From the NCBI GenBank assembly GCA_046496745.1, contig JAWOGQ010000032.1, positions 1-34,651 of the forward strand: DNA of 34,651 nucleotides, in the 5' to 3' direction. The notes under the pieces were generated by a model. That model made no database searches and was not told the origin of the DNA. It saw only the letters and a program-made list of their open reading frames with translations. Origin of the DNA: Candidatus Woesearchaeota archaeon. Its GTDB lineage: Archaea; Nanobdellota; Nanobdellia; Woesearchaeales; JACJVW01. Made by a program: the position numbers and the translations under genes. Shown piece by piece: positions 8,852 through 18,386 of this stretch (its first letter is position 1; the number at the start of each line of letters is the position of its first letter).

Positions 8852-9595
8852 ATGGTCTTAAACCAGGAATATCTAGAGGAGAAGGAAAGGGAAGCGCACG
8901 CGTATTACCATGATATAAACCTGCAGCGTGATGAGCTTTCCATGAATCTTGGAGGGGGTATTCCGAAAAAATCACTTATGCTTGCCGTGGGAGAGGATGG
9001 GGCTGGTAAAAGTATACTTGCCCAACGCTTGTTGTATAGTTTTGTGCGTAACAAGGCTACGGTGAGTTATATCAGTTCTGAGCTAAATACCATCTCTTTT
9101 GTTGAGCAGATGGAGTCAATGGATTATGATATCAAGTATGACCTTCTGAATGGAAGGGTCCTGTTCATACCCATGTTTCCTGTCATGGGAAGTACTACGC
9201 CTTCGAATGATTTCATGACCAGGCTTTTGAAGACAAAGGAGATATTTGAGAAGGATATCATAATCTTTGATACCTTGTCTTTTCTGATGATAAGGAATAA
9301 TATCACCCAGGATGAATGCTATAACCTTATCAACATGCTCAAACGGATGACATCCCTTGGGAAGACCATACTTTTCATGGTGGACCCGAACCATCTTAAT
9401 GATACGATGCTTTCACTTTTGAAGTCTGTGTCTGATATATTTGTCAATCTCGCGATCCGTTCTTTTGCAGGAAATGTGGTTAGGGTTATAAATATCGTCA
9501 GGTTCAAGAGGCCACAGGGTGAGTTCCAGGCAAATATACCATTCAGGGTTGAGCCAGGAAAAGGACTTGCAATAGAGATCGCAAGCCTTGATTAA
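8852..9595 (+). CDS. flaH: Archaellum RecA/KaiC-like ATP-binding protein FlaH (ArlH)
   Basis: Walker A GEDGAGKS, Walker B IIIFDTLS, C-terminal FRVEPGKGLAIEIAS; adjacent to flaI. Confidence 0.92.
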   Translation: MVLNQEYLEEKEREAHAYYHDINLQRDELSMNLGGGIPKKSLMLAVGEDGAGKSILAQRLLYSFVRNKATVSYISSELNTISFVEQMESMDYDIKYDLLNGRVLFIPMFPVMGSTTPSNDFMTRLLKTKEIFEKDIIIFDTLSFLMIRNNITQDECYNLINMLKRMTSLGKTILFMVDPNHLNDTMLSLLKSVSDIFVNLAIRSFAGNVVRVINIVRFKRPQGEFQANIPFRVEPGKGLAIEIASLD

Positions 9596-9608
9596 AAAGA
9601 GGTAGAAC

Positions 9609-11273
9609 ATGCGCGGAAAGATAACTGAAGAGCAAAAGACTTTTGAGAGCGCACAGAGGAATTATCCTCATTTCCGGAAATATGTACAGGAGATAACAGC
9701 TTCACTTGGAACTCCTAATTATTATCTGGATTTCGATTTTTTCAAGTATTATCGTGAAGAGTTCATGAACCAGATCGATAAGGAAGGGGCTAATCTTATC
9801 TATCCGGTGGATGACCTATTGTTTATCCATATCCTCAAATTCCCTGGAGAGGCATATCAATACATAGTGATTGAGCCTGAACTTGATGATGAGAGCAAAA
9901 GGCTGTATGAAAAGGTTCTTGATAAGATGATAGATCTTGCATCACAGTTGCCTACCCCTGATCATACTACTGATATAAAACCTGTTCTCATGGAGTTGCT
10001 TGATAAGTGTGTCGAACCCGGAAGGCCAAAACGGCTGGTTGGAGTGAATCTTGGTTCAAAGCTTCCTGTCACGCAGGACCAGTACAGGATGCTCAAGTAT
10101 CATCTCCTGAGGGAGCGTGTTGGGTATTCAAAGCTTGAGCCGCTTTTCAAGGACCCTTACCTGGAAGATATCCATTGTGTGGGTGTGGGCAATCTTGCTG
10201 CTGTCCACAAGATTTTCGGCGTAGTGAGGATGAGCCTGAAGTTTCCGACAGATGTTGAGCTTGATAAGTATATCCTGGACGCTTCCGAGCGTGTGGAGAG
10301 GCCGGTGAGTGACAGCAGGCCTGTGGTAGACGCGATAATGCCAGACGGGTCCAGGGTTAACTATATCTATGGCCGGGAGATCTCCCGGGAAGGTTCAAGT
10401 TTCACCATAAGGAAATTCGCGGATGTGCCTGTGAGCATAGCTGATATCGTCTATTATCAAACCCTCACCCCAAAGATTGCAGCGTACCTCTGGCTATGCC
10501 TGGAGAATGGGATGAACTGCTTTGTCTGCGGAGAGACTGCTTCGGGTAAGACGACTACGCTTAATGCGATGAGCGCGTTCATAAAGCCTGATGCAAAGAT
10601 CTATACTGTAGAGAACACTGCAGAGGTGACAATGCCTCATGACATATGGCAGCATCTTGTGACGCGTGAGGCTGGAAAGGATTCTGATGTGACTTTGTTC
10701 ACTCTGCTTATTGCAGCCCTGAGGTCGCGTCCGAATTACATAATAGTTGGTGAGATAAGGGGTGAAGAGGGAAATATCGCTTTCCAGGCAATGCAGACAG
10801 GGCACCCATGCCTTTCCACATTCCACGCCGGTTCTGTGCACTCTATGATCCAGCGTCTTACAGGACATCCTATCAATGTTCCTATCGCCTTTATCGATAA
10901 CCTGAATGTGGTTCTTATCCAGCAGGCAGTTACTGTGAACAACAGGCTGGTCAGGCGTGTTACTTCCATCTCAGAGATTGAGAGGTATTATGATGCGGAG
11001 AATAAGGTCATAACCCGGAAGGTGTTCCTCTGGGATTCAAAGAAGGATGAACATAGGTTTACTGGTTATTACAACAGTTATATCCTGGAAAAGAAGATTG
11101 CGTCGCAATTGGGATACCAGGACCCAAAGGAAATATACGAGGAGCTTGAGCTTCGGGAGAAGATAATCCAGAAGATTGTAGATCGGAAGATCCTCAATTA
11201 TTACAAGGTGTTTGACATCATCAAGAAATTTTCGATAGGTGGTGTGGAGTCTCTACCGTTCGAGCTTGATTGA
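9609..11273 (+). CDS. flaI: Archaellum motor ATPase FlaI (ArlI)
   Basis: DPYLEDI, FTIRKF, GETASGKTT, RPNYIIVGEIRG, AMQTGH, STFHA. Confidence 0.95.
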   Translation: MRGKITEEQKTFESAQRNYPHFRKYVQEITASLGTPNYYLDFDFFKYYREEFMNQIDKEGANLIYPVDDLLFIHILKFPGEAYQYIVIEPELDDESKRLYEKVLDKMIDLASQLPTPDHTTDIKPVLMELLDKCVEPGRPKRLVGVNLGSKLPVTQDQYRMLKYHLLRERVGYSKLEPLFKDPYLEDIHCVGVGNLAAVHKIFGVVRMSLKFPTDVELDKYILDASERVERPVSDSRPVVDAIMPDGSRVNYIYGREISREGSSFTIRKFADVPVSIADIVYYQTLTPKIAAYLWLCLENGMNCFVCGETASGKTTTLNAMSAFIKPDAKIYTVENTAEVTMPHDIWQHLVTREAGKDSDVTLFTLLIAALRSRPNYIIVGEIRGEEGNIAFQAMQTGHPCLSTFHAGSVHSMIQRLTGHPINVPIAFIDNLNVVLIQQAVTVNNRLVRRVTSISEIERYYDAENKVITRKVFLWDSKKDEHRFTGYYNSYILEKKIASQLGYQDPKEIYEELELREKIIQKIVDRKILNYYKVFDIIKKFSIGGVESLPFELD

Positions 11274-11275
11274 TA

Positions 11276-12946
11276 ATGGAGAGATACATAAAGAGGGCGG
11301 GATTCAAGTCCATCAGTCAATTCGCAGTCAAGGTAGTCATGCCTCTGCTTATACTCTCGCTTGTACTTTTTTTCTCTATCCTTCTTTTCCTTCCACTACC
11401 CTTTTATGCTGCATATGTTTTCTTGTTCCTTGGTTTTACAGCAATATTCATGGTACCTTACATGCTTTATGAGCGGAAGCGTATCAATATAAACGAAAAC
11501 ATCCATCTTTTCATAACATATTGCGGAACAATCTCAACAATCGACCTTGACCGTAAGACTTTTTTCAGCAAAATCGCAGAGAATGATGATTACGGAGAGA
11601 TCTCAAAGCTATCAAACAAGATCCTGTACTTTGCTAAGGCATGGAACCTGGGATTTGCACAGACCGCAAGGAAGATGGGAAGGTTCTCGGCCTCAAGAAT
11701 ATTTGCTGATTTCCTGGACAGGTTTGCTGCAGCCCTTGATTTCGGGCAGGAGCTGGAGACCTTCATGCGTGATGAACAGAGTGCTGTGCTTGATGATTAT
11801 TCTACAATGTACAAGGAATCTCTCAATAATATTGGCATGTTAAGGGAGGCATTTATCGCAGTCACAATATCTCTTGCTTTTGGCATAAGCACTGCGTTGC
11901 TCCTTCCTTTACTGATGGGCGTCTCCATTGTTGTTGCGATACAGTGGTCTTTACTTATACTGTTCTTTATTGATATGTGCCTGCTAGTCTTCGTGAATGT
12001 ATTCATCCCTAATGATGATTTATGCCATAACATGAAGGTTAAGGATGCGGGTACACGGAAGCTTCATAAATGGAGCATGATACTTATCCCAATCTCTCTC
12101 AATATTGCGGCCTTCCTTTTTTTCATGGGGTGGTTCACTTTTCTATTCAATATTGCCATTGCAATAACCCCTTTGATGTATCTTGGTTTCCTTGCAGTGC
12201 AGGTTGAAAATACAGTATTCAAGAGGGACAAGGAATTTCCTTCATTCATAAGAGCGCTTGGGGCGACAATCTATGCAAGACAGGGTGGAGTCCCTTCGAG
12301 TCTTGAGGCTTTGCAGGTGCATGATTTCGGGATACTGCAGGATATCGTGAGCAATCTTTACAAGCGCCTGAAGATAGGTTCTGATAAGCTCAAGAGCTGG
12401 TATTATTTTGCGGGTGAGTCTGGTTCAAAGCTCATAAGCCGTTTTGTGACAATATTCCATGAGTCAATATATCTTGGAGGGCATGCTCAGAAGATTGGTG
12501 AGATGATAAGCGATAATTTCCAGGATCTCTTGTCTTTGAGAAAATTGAGGCAGCAACAGGCATCGTCTTTGAAAGGGGCTTTGTATGGGGCTCTCATAGG
12601 GTTTATCGCTACTATCTATATCTCTGTTTCAATCACAAATCTTCTTACTCAGATGTTCTCTGAAGCATGGGGGGATACACTTTCCCAGGGTTCCATGTCG
12701 GGGCTTATATCATCAATCATACCAAGCATGCCTGAGGTCGATACAGCCCGCCTGAGCCTTTATCTTGGTCTTACAGTGCTCTTGCATTCATTTGTGTCTT
12801 CCCTTGTAATCAAGATAGTGGATGGTGGGAACAGGTTTGCAATGCTTTTTGATTTCATTGCCATGGTCTGGATAGGAGCTGTGCTTTCCTGGCTGGTGCC
12901 ATTGATAGCATCAAACATGTTTGCTGGCAGTATGGGTCTTGGTTAA
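11276..12946 (+). CDS. flaJ: Archaellum platform membrane protein FlaJ (ArlJ)
   Basis: Polytopic ~556-aa protein with two GspF-like cytoplasmic domains (FADFLDRFA; RDKEFPSFIRALG); follows flaI. Confidence 0.92.
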   Translation: MERYIKRAGFKSISQFAVKVVMPLLILSLVLFFSILLFLPLPFYAAYVFLFLGFTAIFMVPYMLYERKRININENIHLFITYCGTISTIDLDRKTFFSKIAENDDYGEISKLSNKILYFAKAWNLGFAQTARKMGRFSASRIFADFLDRFAAALDFGQELETFMRDEQSAVLDDYSTMYKESLNNIGMLREAFIAVTISLAFGISTALLLPLLMGVSIVVAIQWSLLILFFIDMCLLVFVNVFIPNDDLCHNMKVKDAGTRKLHKWSMILIPISLNIAAFLFFMGWFTFLFNIAIAITPLMYLGFLAVQVENTVFKRDKEFPSFIRALGATIYARQGGVPSSLEALQVHDFGILQDIVSNLYKRLKIGSDKLKSWYYFAGESGSKLISRFVTIFHESIYLGGHAQKIGEMISDNFQDLLSLRKLRQQQASSLKGALYGALIGFIATIYISVSITNLLTQMFSEAWGDTLSQGSMSGLISSIIPSMPEVDTARLSLYLGLTVLLHSFVSSLVIKIVDGGNRFAMLFDFIAMVWIGAVLSWLVPLIASNMFAGSMGLG

Positions 12947-12959
12947 ACCTGAGAAAAGG

Positions 12960-13048
12960 TGGGCCCGCGGAGATTTGAACTCCGGACCACTCGATCTCTG
13001 ATGAAAGCATTATCAGTCGAGCACTCCACCAGGCTAAGCTACGGGCCC
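12960..13048 (-). tRNA. tRNA-Ile(GAT) with a 15-nt intron at position 37/38 (12996-13010)
   Basis: Acceptor GGGCCCG/CGGGCCC-A; anticodon arm CTCGA-CTGATA^A-TCGAG; T-loop GTTCAAATC; intron ATGCTTTCATCAGAG forms a bulge-helix-bulge; upstream GAAAAC-TTTAAAAA. Confidence 0.95.
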
Positions 13049-13147
13049 TTGGAATTCAAAAATAGGGAGCGATTTTTAAAGTTTTCTTATTTTAGTTGTT
13101 ATATTATGTAAGCAAATCCATGTGATTAAGTCTGGATAAAAGCAATG

Positions 13148-13283
13148 GAGTTTTTCGAATAATTCCGGCATCGACCTGTTTTCTTTTTTAAAAAAGGTGA
13201 CACGTTGCACACAACACCTCCCCCTGTCAACTTATATAGGGTGGCTGATTGGCCTTCGATGATGCTTATTTCCTCGAAAACTC
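13148..13283 (+). mobile_element. MITE copy 3 (136 bp)
   Basis: Left TIR GAGTTTTTCGA; right TIR TCGAAAACTC (one A short). Perfect 9-bp TSD AAAGCAATG at 13139-13147 and 13284-13292. Confidence 0.92.
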
Positions 13284-13328
13284 AAAGCAATGGAAATGTT
13301 TATATATATATTATCTTGGAGAAGAAGC

Positions 13329-14084
13329 ATGGATCTTGCCATAATCTCACTGATTTTCAGGATACCGACAATATTTCTTGCTATCCTTATGGGTTATCTG
13401 GCTTATCAGTTATTCGTCCTGACAAAGGGTGCTACCAAGGGCTGGATGTATCTTTCGATCGGAGGTTTCTCTTTGTTCATGTGGGCTGCATCAATCGTGC
13501 TTTTTAGTGTTATTTTCCCTCATGAGACCCTCAGGTACTTGACTGGAGCTTTCTTTCTTTTCATGATGGCCATATTCCAGCCATTGGCTTATACAAAGCT
13601 TGCTGAATCTTTTCATGCCAGGCTTCCACGATGGTGGAATGTCCCAACTTTGCTTGCTCTCATAGGCTTGGTGGTATTCACGCTCATGGCTTATGGTAGC
13701 ATGGGCAGTTTTGGCTTGCAAAACTTCCTTACTGTTGCTCATTTCACTCTTGCAATATGCATGCTTTTTGCTTTGCTTCCAAGCTACAGGCTGATGAAGG
13801 AAACAAAGAAATCACCCTGGATATTCTCTTTCCTGTTCTGCCTGGTAGTGGCTCTTGGGATGAATGTAGGTCAATACTATAACAATTGCTGCAATGAGAC
13901 AAGCGAGTTCTCGGAAAATGAGGTATGCGCCTATGACCTGGATTATCTTGGTATCTATGAGGCTCCTTGCAATGCAGGTGTGCTTAGTGTTGCAAGGTTC
14001 TATCAATTGTTCCTGCTAGTTGGGATAATACTTGGAGATGTTGCTTTTTTCAAGCTCTGGCGCGGTCTCAAAGCATTTAAATAG
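13329..14084 (+). CDS. Hypothetical ~7-TM membrane protein with a Cys-rich loop
   Basis: About seven hydrophobic segments. Start set at ATG 13329 (MDLAII), downstream of TTTATATA at 13299. Confidence 0.75.
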   Translation: MDLAIISLIFRIPTIFLAILMGYLAYQLFVLTKGATKGWMYLSIGGFSLFMWAASIVLFSVIFPHETLRYLTGAFFLFMMAIFQPLAYTKLAESFHARLPRWWNVPTLLALIGLVVFTLMAYGSMGSFGLQNFLTVAHFTLAICMLFALLPSYRLMKETKKSPWIFSFLFCLVVALGMNVGQYYNNCCNETSEFSENEVCAYDLDYLGIYEAPCNAGVLSVARFYQLFLLVGIILGDVAFFKLWRGLKAFK

Positions 14085-14105
14085 TAATATCTTATTCACT
14101 TTCTC

Positions 14106-16739
14106 ATGGATCTCATAAATGTAGCACGGAAATGGCAAGAGCGCTGGGAAAAAGATTCAATATTCAAGGTAACAATTTCTGATAAACCAAAATACTATTG
14201 CCTGGAGATGTACCCTTATCCTTCAGGAAAACTTCACATGGGGCATGTGCGTAATTATTCTATAGGTGATTGTTTCGCGCGCTTCAAGCGCATGAAGGGT
14301 TTCAATGTATTGTATCCTATGGGATATGACTCATTCGGGCTCCCTGCGGAAAATGCAGCGATAAAGAATAATTCACATCCAAGGCCGTGGACGGAGAAGA
14401 CCTCTAAGGATATGATGGAGCAGCAAAAAAGGATGGGCCTCTCATATGACTGGGACCGGATGGTCACGAGTATTGATCCTGAATATCATAAATGGAACCA
14501 GTGGTTATTCATCCAGCTCTATAAGAAAGGGCTTGCTTACAGGAAAAAGGCACCTATCAACTGGTGCCCTAAGTGCGATACTGTTCTTGCGAACGAGCAG
14601 GTAGAGGACGGTAAATGCTGGAGATGTGATTCAGAGGTGGAAGAACGTCATCTTGAGCAATGGTTCCTTAAGATAACTGATTATGCCGAAGAATTGCTGC
14701 GTGATATTGATACCCTGGAGGGATGGCCTGAGAAAGTAAAGACGATGCAAAGGAACTGGATCGGAAAGAGCCATGGTACCAGTATCAATTTTGACATTGT
14801 TGATGTGGATGGAAATAAGATAGATTCTGTATCCACTTTCACTACGAGACCTGATACCCTGTATGGTGTCACATTCCTGGCTCTTGCACTTGATTTTCCC
14901 AGGATAAAGGAATGGAACAATTCTGAAGCAGTCCAGGATTTTATCAAGGAGCAGAAGAAAAGGAGCACTTACGAGCGGACAAGCGCGAAGGACAAGAAAG
15001 GGATCTTTCTTGGGGTCTATGCTATAAATCCTGTGACAGAAGAGAAATGTCCTGTCTATGTGACAGATTACGCTTTGATGGAGTACGGAACAGGTGCTGT
15101 CATGGGTGTGCCTGCACATGATCAAAGGGACTTTGAATTTGCAAAGAAGCATGATCTTCCTATAAGGATTGTTGTTCAGCCAGAGGAAGAATCCCTTGAG
15201 GAGGCTTATGTGGGAGATGGGCCTCTTGTGAATTCAGGAGAATTTGACGGGATGAACAATCGCGAGGCAATAGAGGCGATTTCTGAGCATCTTGAGGAAA
15301 AGGGCCTGGGTGAAAGGACAGTCCAGTACAAGTTACGTGACTGGCTTATCTCCAGGCAAAGATACTGGGGAACACCTATCCCTTTCGTATATTGCGATTC
15401 CTGTGGTCTTGTGCCTGATGAGAACCTTCCGGTAGAACTTCCGGAGGATGTAAAATTTACAGGGGAGGGTAATCCACTTGCTACAAGCCCAACATTCATG
15501 AATGCTGCCTGTCCTAATTGCGGGGGTAAGGCTCGCAGGGAAACAGATACGATGGATACTTTCATTGATAGCTCATGGTATTATTTCCGTTTCACGTCTC
15601 CTGGTGCGCAGGAGATGGTGGACAAGGAATCTGCGGATTACTGGATGCCTGTTGACCAGTATATAGGTGGGGTTGAGCATGCCATATTGCACCTGTTATA
15701 TGCAAGGTTCATAACCAAGTGCATGAGAGATCTTGGTCTTACTACAATCTCTGAGCCTTTCAAGCGCTTGCTTACTCAGGGGATGGTCCTGATGGATGGT
15801 GCTAAGATGAGCAAGTCACTGGGAAACGTGGTTGACCCAGAGGAATACCTTGCAAGATTCGGGCCTGATACGTGCAGGGTTTTCATCCTGTTTGCGGCAC
15901 TTCCTGAAAAGGAGCTTGACTGGAATGATAAGGGCGTTGAAGCTGCCCACAGGTTCCTGCAAAGAGTCATACGTCTTTCTGAAGAACCTGTGTATCATGA
16001 GGAAAGGACTGCTGATGACCATTATATACAGAGCATATTGAACCGGACCATAGCAAAAGTTACTGAATATATAGAGGATTTCAAGCTTAGCCTTGCTTTG
16101 GGTTCATTGATGGAGCTTGTTACAGAATTCACGAAGTACCGGGAAGGTTCGGTGAATAAGGATCTTTACTGGGAAGGTTTTGCAACCCTTATCCGTCTGC
16201 TTTCACCTTTCGCGCCACATGTGTGCGAAGAACTGAACGAGCAGATTGGAGGAGAGGGTTATATCTCAATGTCTGATTGGCCGAAGGTTGAGGAAAGCAG
16301 GATCGATCCTGTGGCAGAAGAGAAAGTGAAGCTGGCACGAACAGTCATGGCAGACATCTCTTCTGTGCTTGAGCTTGCAAAGCTGGATACACCTCAGGAG
16401 ATAATCCTTATTGTCAGTCCGGAATGGAAGTACGATCTTTTTGATAATGTGCGCATTGCCCTGGGTGAGACGCATAATGCGTCTGAGATCATGAAAAAGG
16501 TCATGATACCTGAATACGGCAAGGAGGTCGCAAAGATTGTTCCAAGGCTTGTCAAGGATCCAAGCAAGATCCCTGAAGTCGTCCTGGACCAGGCAAGCGA
16601 GGAAGAGATACTCATGACTCTTGTCCCGAGGATCACTTCACAATACAAAGCTAATGTTCAGGTGATAAGGGCAGAGGATTCCGGGGAGAACAAGGCAGGC
16701 CAGGCCCAACCTGGAAAACCAGCAATAATCGTCAAGTGA
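14106..16739 (+). CDS. leuS: Leucine--tRNA ligase
   Basis: [51 protein letters not shown]. Confidence 0.98.
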   Translation: MDLINVARKWQERWEKDSIFKVTISDKPKYYCLEMYPYPSGKLHMGHVRNYSIGDCFARFKRMKGFNVLYPMGYDSFGLPAENAAIKNNSHPRPWTEKTSKDMMEQQKRMGLSYDWDRMVTSIDPEYHKWNQWLFIQLYKKGLAYRKKAPINWCPKCDTVLANEQVEDGKCWRCDSEVEERHLEQWFLKITDYAEELLRDIDTLEGWPEKVKTMQRNWIGKSHGTSINFDIVDVDGNKIDSVSTFTTRPDTLYGVTFLALALDFPRIKEWNNSEAVQDFIKEQKKRSTYERTSAKDKKGIFLGVYAINPVTEEKCPVYVTDYALMEYGTGAVMGVPAHDQRDFEFAKKHDLPIRIVVQPEEESLEEAYVGDGPLVNSGEFDGMNNREAIEAISEHLEEKGLGERTVQYKLRDWLISRQRYWGTPIPFVYCDSCGLVPDENLPVELPEDVKFTGEGNPLATSPTFMNAACPNCGGKARRETDTMDTFIDSSWYYFRFTSPGAQEMVDKESADYWMPVDQYIGGVEHAILHLLYARFITKCMRDLGLTTISEPFKRLLTQGMVLMDGAKMSKSLGNVVDPEEYLARFGPDTCRVFILFAALPEKELDWNDKGVEAAHRFLQRVIRLSEEPVYHEERTADDHYIQSILNRTIAKVTEYIEDFKLSLALGSLMELVTEFTKYREGSVNKDLYWEGFATLIRLLSPFAPHVCEELNEQIGGEGYISMSDWPKVEESRIDPVAEEKVKLARTVMADISSVLELAKLDTPQEIILIVSPEWKYDLFDNVRIALGETHNASEIMKKVMIPEYGKEVAKIVPRLVKDPSKIPEVVLDQASEEEILMTLVPRITSQYKANVQVIRAEDSGENKAGQAQPGKPAIIVK

Positions 16740-16758
16740 TTATTTTGTTAGAAAAGAG

Positions 16759-16831
16759 CGCCTCTGGGCAGACTCGAACTGCCGACCTCGCGGTTAACAG
16801 CCGCGCGCTCCACCTACTAAGCTACAGAGGC
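16759..16831 (-). tRNA. tRNA-Asn(GTT)
   Basis: Acceptor GCCTCTG/CAGAGGC-G; anticodon arm CGCGG-CTGTTAA-CCGCG; GTTCGAGTC; CCA not encoded; upstream GAAAGCTTTATAAA. Confidence 0.96.
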
Positions 16832-16914
16832 ATTGGATTTTTGGAGTTTCATTTGTTTTATAAAGCTTTCGTCTTGTTTCTGAATCACTGCATTTGAGTT
16901 CTTTTAATCCTTTT

Positions 16915-17175
16915 TTAAAGGGGTGTGGGGTTATCTTTGTTGTTAGAATTTATTTTGTATACCAATGTGTTTGGTCTGACAGGGGCTTTCCTGAGTACAC
17001 CTATAGCATCGCCGGCGCTTGCTGATTCGACCTCTTGCCGATCTTTTTGCATGCTTTCCACAGGTTCTTCATTTTCCTCTATCCTAAGGATATCTCCTTT
17101 CTTGAGAGGTGCGATCAGTTCTATTATCGCTATCCTATCGTTCCTGGTGGTCTCGATTACGCGTCCGATCTCCAT
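16915..17175 (-). CDS. Small beta-barrel protein (U32 C-terminal / EF-Tu domain II-like)
   Basis: Pattern IGRV...A.IEL..PLKKGD.L.I...VESMQ.DR..VESA.AGD.IG...VR.N..VYK. Confidence 0.7.
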   Translation of the reverse strand: MEIGRVIETTRNDRIAIIELIAPLKKGDILRIEENEEPVESMQKDRQEVESASAGDAIGVLRKAPVRPNTLVYKINSNNKDNPTPL

Positions 17176-17216
17176 CTTCCAAAACCTTTATATTCAAGGG
17201 TGGTTTGTTTGTATTT

Positions 17217-18245
17217 ATGTATTTAATCCTTATAATTCTGCTGGGGCTGTTGACAAGCTATACAGATATACGTTATGGGAAGATAAAAAACATTGTTCTT
17301 ATACTCTTTTTTGTGGCTGGATTAATCCTCAATCTTCAGTTGTCTTTTTCTTTTCTGTTGTCAGTCCTGATCTCTATAGTCATTGGTTATCTCTTGTGGG
17401 ACCTGGGTTTCTGGACCGCTGCAGACGGTAAGCTTTTCACTGTCTTCTCTGTCCTGGTTCCTTTGGGTCTCTATGCTGCTCATAGCCGTTATGCATTCTC
17501 TTCCTCAGTCAATATACTTATCAATACGTTTGTCCCTATGTTTGCATTCTTCCTTTTGTATTCCATCTCAAAGACACCTCTACTACAGATGAAGGTTATT
17601 GCAAAAAGGGTATTTGCACCAGGCCATTTGCTTAATATTTTCCTGAGTATCTTTGTCTTTGCTCTTGCTTCTGATCTCCTGCATTCTTATATCGGGATAA
17701 CCCTGGATTATTTTATCTCTCTTGTAGTTCTTTTTGTTATGTATTCTTTTGTGATGTGGCTTCCTTTTTCCAGAAAACAGAAGTTAGCTGGTCTTGTGGT
17801 GTTCCTGGCCCTTTCCTTGTTTACTATATCTATAATGGAATTTCTGGTATCGGTGTTTCTCTTTTTTGCTGCATTTGTCATATTCAGGGCTTTTGCGCTG
17901 GAGATGGGGTTCGACCACCTGACTGTGCCTGTGAGGATAGATGAACTCAGGCCGGGGATGGTGCTTGCTGACACTTTCTATGCTCACAAGGAAACAGTTG
18001 TTAAGCGAAGGGCTCTGTTCACTAGTTTCTTCTCTTATCTAAGGGAGAGGGGGCAGGAAAAATTCATAGACCCTTCATCTGAGGGTATCAAAAAAAAGGA
18101 CATACGAAAGCTCAAGGATCTTGCGAAAAAACATCCTACGCTGACTCATGTGAGGGTGCACCAGACAATACCTTTTGCACCTTTCCTTTTTGCAGGGGTG
18201 CTTCTTACAGTCTTTTTTGAAGGGAGTATGCTTGCTTTCCTTTGA
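17217..18245 (+). CDS. A24-family class III signal (prepilin/prearchaellin) peptidase, long EppA-like form
   Basis: SYTDIRYGKI (Asp1), WTAADGKLF (Asp2), ELRPGMVL, IPFAPFLFAG; many TMs. Start at ATG 17217, after CTTTATAT. Confidence 0.88.
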   Translation: MYLILIILLGLLTSYTDIRYGKIKNIVLILFFVAGLILNLQLSFSFLLSVLISIVIGYLLWDLGFWTAADGKLFTVFSVLVPLGLYAAHSRYAFSSSVNILINTFVPMFAFFLLYSISKTPLLQMKVIAKRVFAPGHLLNIFLSIFVFALASDLLHSYIGITLDYFISLVVLFVMYSFVMWLPFSRKQKLAGLVVFLALSLFTISIMEFLVSVFLFFAAFVIFRAFALEMGFDHLTVPVRIDELRPGMVLADTFYAHKETVVKRRALFTSFFSYLRERGQEKFIDPSSEGIKKKDIRKLKDLAKKHPTLTHVRVHQTIPFAPFLFAGVLLTVFFEGSMLAFL

Positions 18246-18333
18246 GAATCATTAATGTGTTTTATTAGCAAATTTTGATTACGTTTTTATTTTTTTATCA
18301 GAGATTGCATGAAACAATTATGGAAAACGCAAG

Positions 18334-18382
18334 TTTTATAAAGTACTATATTCAAGTAGTTCTGTAGGGTATTGGGAGGTGA
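18334..18382 (+). promoter_or_regulatory. TATA box and strong Shine-Dalgarno of the archaellin gene
   Basis: TTTTATAAA at 18334-18342; GGAGGTGA at 18375-18382, 4 nt before ATG 18387. Confidence 0.7.
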
Positions 18383-18386
18383 CATT

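Noticed and set aside
13950-14084. Rhodopsin call for the 7-TM protein
   Set aside because: The last helix has DVAFFK rather than DxxxK, and the helix-3 RY.DW motif is absent.
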